From Candidatus Heimdallarchaeota archaeon (GTDB lineage Archaea; Asgardarchaeota; Heimdallarchaeia; Heimdallarchaeales; Heimdallarchaeaceae), in NCBI GenBank assembly GCA_030668825.1, contig DAOVET010000053.1:1-16062 (forward strand): a DNA stretch of 16,062 nt. Direction: 5' to 3'. A program made the position numbers and the translations under genes. Below are positions 8,199-14,848 of the stretch, piece after piece. The notes under the pieces were generated by a model. The model worked only from the letters and a program-made list of their open reading frames with translations. It did no database searches and had not been told where the DNA came from. How positions within the stretch are numbered: the first letter of the stretch is position 1; every line of letters begins with the position of its first letter.

Positions 8199-9422
8199 TT
8201 AAACCAAATTAGAAATACTTTCGAGCCTTACATGAGTTTCTTTTTGTTCAAAACTTTTCATTAAGTATGTATCAGATATGGTTTTAAGTTCCTCTCTCAA
8301 TCTGTAGAAAGCTTTTCTGTTCACTGTCTTTTTTATAACATATCGTCTTTCTTGAAGTTGCTTTAAATGGTGGGAGGCTGAAGTTTTTTGTATCCCTAAA
8401 TTATTAACAATGTCATCATATGTTATACCAAAATCATAAGCAGTAGACTTCATCGTAATTAGAGCAAGAATAAATGTTTGAGTATTATCATTAAGTGTCA
8501 CAAGATCAAAGAATTCCTTGTTCACGTCAATGGCTAGAAATGATGTAACATCATTAATTAGGGACAAAGAAGAGATATCTAGACCATTATAGAAACATTC
8601 TTCGCAAACTTTGGTGCAAATCTTTATGGCATTTAACAGACTTCCACTAGCTTTTTTTGAAATTGCTTGAAGTATTTCTTTGGTGAAAGGATTTAGAATT
8701 TGCTTATTTTTGCTTAATTTCAAACTTAAAATCTCAAATATTTCATCTTCATTTAAGGAATTAATTTGTTGACTTGGTACCATACTATTGATTAAATCAT
8801 AATCAGAAAACGCAAGCTGATTCTTTAACCGTGTCCATCCACCTTGAGAGAAAACAAATACTATGGGTGTATTCTGAAAATCTCTATCTAATGCGTATCT
8901 GAAGTCTTCAAAGAAATCAATTAAGAAATCAGCATGATCTATAATTAGTAGTGAAATGGTATCTCCTCCTGTATTCTGACTTCCTATGAAATTTCTAAAA
9001 TTCTGAATTGTTTTAGCGATAGAATATTGGTTGTCTTCAAATTCAACTAATTCTTTAGCATCTGAGAAAACAGTGTTTGTTAATTCTTTGTGAACTTTTA
9101 TCAAGTATTGATGAACTAAAGAAATTAATGTACTAACACCTGATTGACTTGGACCATACAAAACACCATCCATTATCGCGGTATCAGAATCTTTCTTCTT
9201 TTCCTTACAAGTGTCAAGAAAGCTATTGTGAACCTTGTTGATGTATTTAATAACCACTCTAAAACGAGATTCAATACATTCTTCATTCTGCAAATCTTCT
9301 ATAGATGTTTCAAGAAACGGGTTGGCATCAAAGCCAAAAGAGACAAAAGGATCTTGAGGAGTATAAGAACTGCCTTTACTCTCTTCTATTGCCTCCAAAG
9401 CTAGCTTCTCGAACTTATCCAT
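8199..9422 (-). CDS. AAA+-fold (Orc1/Cdc6- or ExeA-like) protein with degenerate ATPase motifs and C-terminal wHTH
   Basis: N-terminal FGFDANPF; Walker A position GPSQSGVST; Walker B position LLIIDHAD; lid region PFTKEILQAISKKASGSLLNAIKIC; wHTH GITYDDIVNNLGIQKTSASHHLKQLQERRYVIKKTVNRKAFYRL. ATG 9422 is preferred because the GTGGT at the track's GTG start (9431) looks like its SD. Confidence 0.82.
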   Translation of the reverse strand: MDKFEKLALEAIEESKGSSYTPQDPFVSFGFDANPFLETSIEDLQNEECIESRFRVVIKYINKVHNSFLDTCKEKKKDSDTAIMDGVLYGPSQSGVSTLISLVHQYLIKVHKELTNTVFSDAKELVEFEDNQYSIAKTIQNFRNFIGSQNTGGDTISLLIIDHADFLIDFFEDFRYALDRDFQNTPIVFVFSQGGWTRLKNQLAFSDYDLINSMVPSQQINSLNEDEIFEILSLKLSKNKQILNPFTKEILQAISKKASGSLLNAIKICTKVCEECFYNGLDISSLSLINDVTSFLAIDVNKEFFDLVTLNDNTQTFILALITMKSTAYDFGITYDDIVNNLGIQKTSASHHLKQLQERRYVIKKTVNRKAFYRLREELKTISDTYLMKSFEQKETHVRLESISNLV

Positions 9423-9450
9423 GATGACCACAAAATATTATCTAGACAAC

Positions 9451-9519
9451 ATCTGAATTGTTCGAATATTTGAACCTTTCGTATCATTCGAATTATTCGA
9501 ATTTTCCAATACTTTCCGA
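9451..9519. repeat. Tandem array of degenerate TTCGAA palindromic hexamers, 8-10 bp period
   Basis: Hexamers start at 9452 TCTGAA, 9461 TTCGAA, 9469 TTTGAA, 9478 TTCGTA, 9487 TTCGAA, 9496 TTCGAA, 9504 TTCCAA and 9514 TTCCGA. Includes the exact tandem (ATTCGAATT)x2 at 9486-9503. Confidence 0.75.
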
Positions 9520-9587
9520 CAATAATAACCGCTTATGAAATTTCTAGCAAGATGTGAGCAAGAAATATAAGTGCGTAACTGGAGAAA

Positions 9588-9603
9588 GAAAAAGGCTTAT
9601 AGG
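9588..9603 (+). promoter_or_regulatory. Putative BRE + TATA (GAAAAAGGCTTATAGG) for the ABC permease
   Basis: Purine-rich run then CTTATA about 25-30 bp upstream of ATG 9626, the usual spacing for a short-leader archaeal transcript. Confidence 0.45.
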
Positions 9604-9625
9604 TGTATATAATTGTCTGGAGCTA

Positions 9626-12600
9626 ATGAAGCAAGCGAATGACATACCTAGAAAATCACGACGTTACATTTTACAAAACTTCTTCATTTTAACTAAGACA
9701 TATTTCCGAAACTTATCCGAGGCAAAATTAAGTGGGAAACCTGATTTTCAGATCGTCATGGATATTATACTATGGGTGCTTTTGCCCGCTTTAGTTATAG
9801 TTCTCCCTATAATAGATGTTTTTCTTCTCTTGTTCTCTCCTGGTCTTCATCTCTTCAAACCACTCTTTAAAGCTGGTTGGAAATATGCACTTATTTCAGC
9901 AATAGGTGTAACTCTTGCAGTATCTGTGATAACACAATACGTATTCTTCATTTATTCTTATCAATTCCAGGCTTTTGATCTTTATTTGGCTGATGAACCT
10001 CGAAGGTTCATCCAAGTTGAATTAGCAGGTATACCAATTGAAGCATCATATCATCAATACAATAGCATTGACAATGTTGCTAAATATGCTATGGATTTCA
10101 TTGATATGACTCATCGTGTTCCACAAAGAGATTTGTTTTTTAAATTGGCATCGTTCACGCAATCACTTGACCCTACAACTAATCTCACGAGTTTCCCGAA
10201 TATGCAATTGTATGGATCCGATCTCAAATTGAGGCATTTCATTGAGAGTAATATTGCATACGGTCATGCACCTGAGAGTGATAATGAAGCTTTGGCTCTA
10301 ATGACTAGAGATTTTTATAACCATACAACTTTCAGAAATGGTTCAATAATTCCACTCTTTATTCAAATTGCTTTAGACAGAAGTGCTTCTCTTACAGTTC
10401 CTGGAGCTCAAACAACTGTCAATATTACGGGGATTGTCTTTTTGGACGACCTTCCTGTTTATGATGTGATAGAATCTACAATTGGTATACCCATTAAATA
10501 TGTGCTGGAATTAGAAGATAATTTAGCTTTGTTTACCCGATGGATACCTGCTGCAAATATAAACAATGATATTGCGCTAACATATAGTCAAGGAACTGTC
10601 TATGAAAATTTATTCTATGACGTATCATTAATTGATGCTTTTCAGATTGATAAAGAGATAACTATTCTCAAAACAATAGGAATCCAACTAAAAGAATGGT
10701 ATCAAACTTTAGGTGGTATTAATAATGCTCGAATTAGTTCTTATCTCGTCGATTTAATGGAAAGTTTTAAAGATGAATATGAATTATATCAAACTTTCAT
10801 GTTTTCTTTTCTTGCTCCTATTATGGCTTTAACTATTATATTGACAGTGTATGCTGCCAATCTGGTAAGAAAGAAAAGAGATAGACAATTAACAATCTTA
10901 ACTGAAAGAGGGAGTAACAGAGGAGAAATTGGTTCTTATCTAGCCTTAGAATCGCTAATTGTAGGAGGGGTTTCTTTGTTCGTGGGTATTTTTCTAGGAA
11001 CACCTATTGCATCCTTATTAACTAGAAGCTCAGGTTTCTTGAAATTTTCAAACACTACTTCTCCTTTGAGAATAGAGCTTTCTTCAGTAATTGTAGCAGT
11101 TTTAGGCAGTGTTGGAGCAATATTATTTATTCAACTTTTCAATACGATGACACTACTGAGAAAGAGAAGTATTGATGATTATGGTAAAGTAGAGAAGTCA
11201 CTACCTCGCTTCTATAAGTACTTTGTAGATATTGTTCTATTACTCTTAGCAGGTACAGTATGGATAGTTTATCAATTACCCATATTAACCTCCCATAAGG
11301 AATCTACTGCACGATATATAGGAATTCCTGCAACAATTTTAATGATTTTTGGTTTAATACTCTTATTCCAAAGATTTTTACCATTATTTTCTCGCTTATT
11401 AATTAAATTAACTACTAAATTGAAAATGGACATTTCTTCTCTCAGTGTAAGAGAGATAAGTAGATATCAGAAAAGTTTTGCTAGGTCTTCAATAATTCTC
11501 AGCTTATCATTTTCTCTCGTTGTCGCATCAATTGTTGTACCTTTCACTTATCAAAATTACAACCTGAATAGTGCATATTATGATGTTGGGTCAGATATTA
11601 TGATACGAGATTTTCCTGTAGATGATTATATACTAAAAGCAACAATAGATAATCTTACTTCTGTTGAATCTACTTCAATTGTTCGTTTAATCAACTTAGA
11701 TAATGTTCAAGGCGATCTTGCCTTAACATATTCGGTCTTAGTTGTTGACCCAATTAGTTATAATAAAACGGCATATTTCAGAGATGATTTTAGTAAATTT
11801 GAGTTTAATGAACTTATGAATGAGCTTAATACTTCTAATGATCTAGCTCCAAAATCTGTACTTGCTCAAGAGGACGAAATAGCTGCTTACAATATCAAAA
11901 CATGGGAGGATAAACCTATAACATATAGAGCTTATAATGAAAGCATGCGTCCTATACTCGGTACTCCATATTGGGATGAGAATATAACTCTTAAAATAAT
12001 GGACACTTTCAAGTACTGGCCAGTTCTTGTTAAAGACATATTAACTACTAATGTCCGATCACAGGTTTTTCACTTTGTAGCACCAATTAATTTCTTGAAC
12101 TACATTCAAATAGCTCCTTTCGATGTGATAAGTTATCTTTTTGTTAAAGTCGCTGATGGAGCAGTCATATCTGAGGTTGCTGATGAGATCTCTTCCTTTA
12201 GTACTGGATTCATATTTGATGTTGAAAGAGAAGTATTCGTAAGTCCCGATAGCCCCAGATCATCAATTCTTTACTCAGCTATTAACTCAACGCTCCTAAT
12301 GTCATTCACTATTAATGCAATAATTCTTGCGTTGTTCGCTTCCATTCAATTAATCGATAAATCAAAAGAAATTGCTACAATGAAAGCCATAGGTATTTCT
12401 TCTAGACAATTGATGAAGTATTATATCTCAGTGTATGTCTCTTTACTCGCTTTCACAACAATTGTAGGTCTAATTGTTGGGTATATCTCTTCAACGATGC
12501 TTATGGCAATATTAGCAATTAATAGAACAATTCCACCGTATTCAATGGCATTTCCAGTTGGGCAAATAGCATTAGTATTATCAATCCTGTTTGTAACTGC

Positions 12601-12676
12601 TTTGGTTGGAGCAGCAATACCTACTATAAGTTCTTCAAAACAAGAAATTGGAACTGAATTAAGACAATCTGCTTAG
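9626..12676 (+). CDS. MacB/FtsX-family ABC transporter permease (duplicated FtsX domains)
   Basis: Two FtsX-type motifs (RDRQLTILTERGSNRGEI and KSKEIATMKAIGISSRQL), each followed by 3 TM helices, plus two large extracytoplasmic domains. ATG 9626 (GGAG and TATA upstream) is preferred over GTG 9554. Confidence 0.9.
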   Translation: MKQANDIPRKSRRYILQNFFILTKTYFRNLSEAKLSGKPDFQIVMDIILWVLLPALVIVLPIIDVFLLLFSPGLHLFKPLFKAGWKYALISAIGVTLAVSVITQYVFFIYSYQFQAFDLYLADEPRRFIQVELAGIPIEASYHQYNSIDNVAKYAMDFIDMTHRVPQRDLFFKLASFTQSLDPTTNLTSFPNMQLYGSDLKLRHFIESNIAYGHAPESDNEALALMTRDFYNHTTFRNGSIIPLFIQIALDRSASLTVPGAQTTVNITGIVFLDDLPVYDVIESTIGIPIKYVLELEDNLALFTRWIPAANINNDIALTYSQGTVYENLFYDVSLIDAFQIDKEITILKTIGIQLKEWYQTLGGINNARISSYLVDLMESFKDEYELYQTFMFSFLAPIMALTIILTVYAANLVRKKRDRQLTILTERGSNRGEIGSYLALESLIVGGVSLFVGIFLGTPIASLLTRSSGFLKFSNTTSPLRIELSSVIVAVLGSVGAILFIQLFNTMTLLRKRSIDDYGKVEKSLPRFYKYFVDIVLLLLAGTVWIVYQLPILTSHKESTARYIGIPATILMIFGLILLFQRFLPLFSRLLIKLTTKLKMDISSLSVREISRYQKSFARSSIILSLSFSLVVASIVVPFTYQNYNLNSAYYDVGSDIMIRDFPVDDYILKATIDNLTSVESTSIVRLINLDNVQGDLALTYSVLVVDPISYNKTAYFRDDFSKFEFNELMNELNTSNDLAPKSVLAQEDEIAAYNIKTWEDKPITYRAYNESMRPILGTPYWDENITLKIMDTFKYWPVLVKDILTTNVRSQVFHFVAPINFLNYIQIAPFDVISYLFVKVADGAVISEVADEISSFSTGFIFDVEREVFVSPDSPRSSILYSAINSTLLMSFTINAIILALFASIQLIDKSKEIATMKAIGISSRQLMKYYISVYVSLLAFTTIVGLIVGYISSTMLMAILAINRTIPPYSMAFPVGQIALVLSILFVTALVGAAIPTISSSKQEIGTELRQSA

Positions 12677-12681
12677 GTGAT
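12675..12681 (+). promoter_or_regulatory. Shine-Dalgarno AGGTGAT overlapping the permease stop codon
   Basis: TAGGTGATAAAATG places an archaeal-type SD 3 nt before ATG 12685. Confidence 0.7.
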
Positions 12682-12684
12682 AAA

Positions 12685-13560
12685 ATGGCATTTATTGAAG
12701 TACGAGACTTGATAAAAATCTACCACACTAAAGAATTCAATATAAGAGTTCCTGCTTTAAGGGGGATAGAACTTGAAATAAATCAAGGAGAATTCATATC
12801 AATAATAGGTCCTTCAGGTTCGGGAAAAACCACCCTTCTGCTTGTTCTAGCAGGGATGACTGAACCCTCTGCTGGTCGAATTAGTGTAGGGGGTGTTCGT
12901 TTGGACCAACTAACTGAGGATTCAAGAAGCCTTTATCGACGATTTAAAGTAGGAACTTTATGGCAAATCCCTAATAGAAACTTAATTTGGGAGATCAATA
13001 TTTTGGAAAACGTGGAAATTCCTATGCGATTACTTGGTATTCCGCGAGAACAGCGAATAAAAGATGCAAAAGAACTACTAGGTGAAGTTGGTTTGGCGAA
13101 AAGGCTAAAACATAAACCTAGTCAGTTATCTGGTGGAGAAGTACAAAGAGCAGGTTTGGCTTGTGCTCTCGCCCATAATCCAATACTTTTGCTTGCAGAT
13201 GAACCAACAGGAGAACTTGATTCTAAAACTGCAGGAGAGCTTTTAAAATACTTTAAACATCTAAATGAAACCCATGGAATTACCGCGATTATGGTTACTC
13301 ATGATTTCGATGTTGCTAAATCAACAGATAAATTGATTCAAATTGTAGATGGTAGAATCTCTGGTTATTCACCTACTGAAAAACTGAAAACAATCCGTGA
13401 TATGCATCATGTATATCTTGACCGTTATGGCGGGATTCAGCTACCAAGACATGTAATTGATAAATTAAAAGTTCAACAAGAGATTTTTATTGATGAAGAA
13501 GATGGTAAAGTCGTTTTACATCAAAACAATTCTAATGATGTGAAAAAAGCAAAGAAATAA
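12685..13560 (+). CDS. ABC transporter ATP-binding protein (LolD/MacB family) with C-terminal AbrB-like extension
   Basis: Walker A GPSGSGKTT, signature LSGGEVQR, Walker B LLLADEPTGELD, H-loop VTHD. Tail VYLDRYGGIQLPRHVIDKL...EDGKVVL. Confidence 0.95.
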   Translation: MAFIEVRDLIKIYHTKEFNIRVPALRGIELEINQGEFISIIGPSGSGKTTLLLVLAGMTEPSAGRISVGGVRLDQLTEDSRSLYRRFKVGTLWQIPNRNLIWEINILENVEIPMRLLGIPREQRIKDAKELLGEVGLAKRLKHKPSQLSGGEVQRAGLACALAHNPILLLADEPTGELDSKTAGELLKYFKHLNETHGITAIMVTHDFDVAKSTDKLIQIVDGRISGYSPTEKLKTIRDMHHVYLDRYGGIQLPRHVIDKLKVQQEIFIDEEDGKVVLHQNNSNDVKKAKK

Positions 13561-13656
13561 AAAAGAGAGCACAGTTATATTTTGTGGTAAGTAATATTCA
13601 AATTTCAATTACTGAAAATAAACTATATCAAACAAAGCAGATGAATCCAAATTAGT

Positions 13657-13722
13657 GATAAGAATGACTAAAAAAAAGCCACCCTCAAGGATAAGAATGA
13701 CTGAAAGAAAGCCACCCCCAAG
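13657..13722 (+). repeat. 33-bp tandem duplication (2 copies, 30/33 identical)
   Basis: GATAAGAATGACTAAAAAAAAGCCACCCTCAAG (13657-13689) and GATAAGAATGACTGAAAGAAAGCCACCCCCAAG (13690-13722). Confidence 0.95.
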
Positions 13723-13954
13723 TAAACTAAAACCAGACAGACTATTTGATCTAGTTGTTATAAAAATGATGACTGCTCTTGCAATGAGTGTAGCATTATT
13801 ATTTGGCGGGGGAACTGTCTTTATTTATGCTGTTGCAGGAAACATTGCTGTTGGTTCATATGACAGTTCAGTTGGGACAATATTCGGAGTTCACATAGCT
13901 TTACTGATGTTCTATTATTCTTTTGCACTGTTTAAGTATATTGTAAGTGATTAA
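13664..13954 (+). CDS. Small two-TM membrane protein with basic, Pro-rich N-terminus
   Basis: Two hydrophobic segments (MMTALAMSVALLFGGGTVFIYAVAG; VGTIFGVHIALLMFYYSFALF). ATG 13664 follows AGTGATA; second possible start at 13697. The stop is 1 nt before the next ATG. Confidence 0.75.
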   Translation: MTKKKPPSRIRMTERKPPPSKLKPDRLFDLVVIKMMTALAMSVALLFGGGTVFIYAVAGNIAVGSYDSSVGTIFGVHIALLMFYYSFALFKYIVSD

Positions 13955-13955
13955 A

Positions 13956-14777
13956 ATGCGGTTTCCATTTAGAAAAGATAAAACAGAAAAGGTAGAAATA
14001 GATTTCTTGAGTCTTACTCTGAAAGAAAAAATAAAACTAATCGCTCTTTTTTGTTTGAAATGGGGAGGTATAATTGTAGTAATGGAAATCCTTATCTGGG
14101 TACTTCTAGAAGTAACTGTTGGTGGTTTCTTTTTCGAAACCTCCGTGTTCGTTGCTATGGGCGGATACTTCTATTCAGGTGATCTTATAGCATTTAATGG
14201 TGGTGCAATCTTCGAAACAACCCTTCTTTATCTCCCAGCTGCATCGCTGATACTTGGGGGGTGTATGGGGGGTTTGAGTAGATATAATGTACCTCCAAAA
14301 ATGAGAATAATAGAACCAGATGATCAGGCTGTTACACCAGCTGAGTTTCAAATCAGAATTAGATATGATGAGATCAGAATAGATCCTGAAACTATTTCTG
14401 TATATGTTAACAACAAAGCTATTCCAAGTAAAATTAACAAGGAAGAAAAAATAATTCATATTCCTAAAGTCTTCAAAACTCCTCCAAAAAAAGCTGTATC
14501 TTTATTCATCAGTGCTATAGCTTATGATGCAAAAGAAAAAGAGATTAAAGACAAAATCCGAGTGATTTGTGATCCTGAATCAGATAGAGAGGATTATCTT
14601 GATTATTGGGAATTCAAGAGAGGCGATGAGACCTTCTGGGGAAAAGAGATGATAGCTGCAAACAAACATGCCAAAAGAAATTTAACAGCAGTAAAATTGG
14701 TAATTTTAGCTGTTGTATTAATTGGAGCTAATTATCTGTTAAGCATTATAGTTAGAGCAATTTCAACGAAATTATAG
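13956..14777 (+). CDS. Membrane protein with central Ig-like beta-sandwich domain and C-terminal TM helix
   Basis: N-terminal hydrophobic region, then PPKMRIIEPDDQAV...FQIRIRYD...IDPETISVYVNN...ISAIAYD (bacterial Ig-like pattern), then LVILAVVLIGANYLLSIIV. ATG 13956 is preceded by AGTGAT. Confidence 0.75.
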   Translation: MRFPFRKDKTEKVEIDFLSLTLKEKIKLIALFCLKWGGIIVVMEILIWVLLEVTVGGFFFETSVFVAMGGYFYSGDLIAFNGGAIFETTLLYLPAASLILGGCMGGLSRYNVPPKMRIIEPDDQAVTPAEFQIRIRYDEIRIDPETISVYVNNKAIPSKINKEEKIIHIPKVFKTPPKKAVSLFISAIAYDAKEKEIKDKIRVICDPESDREDYLDYWEFKRGDETFWGKEMIAANKHAKRNLTAVKLVILAVVLIGANYLLSIIVRAISTKL

Positions 14778-14848
14778 ATAGAATTATTGCTTGATTGTGA
14801 ACATTTTTAATGATATTTGTCACTTATAATCTAAAGAGGTCACTTTTC

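Noticed and set aside
9144-9404. 86-aa plus-strand ORF
   Set aside because: Antisense to the AAA+/wHTH gene, with no motifs.
9451-9509. Eukaryotic heat-shock element or Gram-positive LexA box
   Set aside because: Spacing does not match: here TTC abuts GAA and the GAA-to-TTC gap is mostly 3 nt, unlike nGAAn pentamer arrays or GAAC-N4-GTTC.
9432-9625. Canonical archaeal replication origin (ORB) beside a Cdc6-like gene
   Set aside because: No ORB-like TCCA..GAAA element with a G-string is visible, the gap is short, and the adjacent protein lacks ATPase motifs. A non-canonical origin cannot be excluded.
9554-9625. GTG 9554 as the permease start
   Set aside because: The extension spans a likely BRE/TATA element, and ATG 9626 has better upstream signals.
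13657-13722. CRISPR array
   Set aside because: Only two directly abutting copies, no spacer, in-frame coding, and no cas genes in the window.
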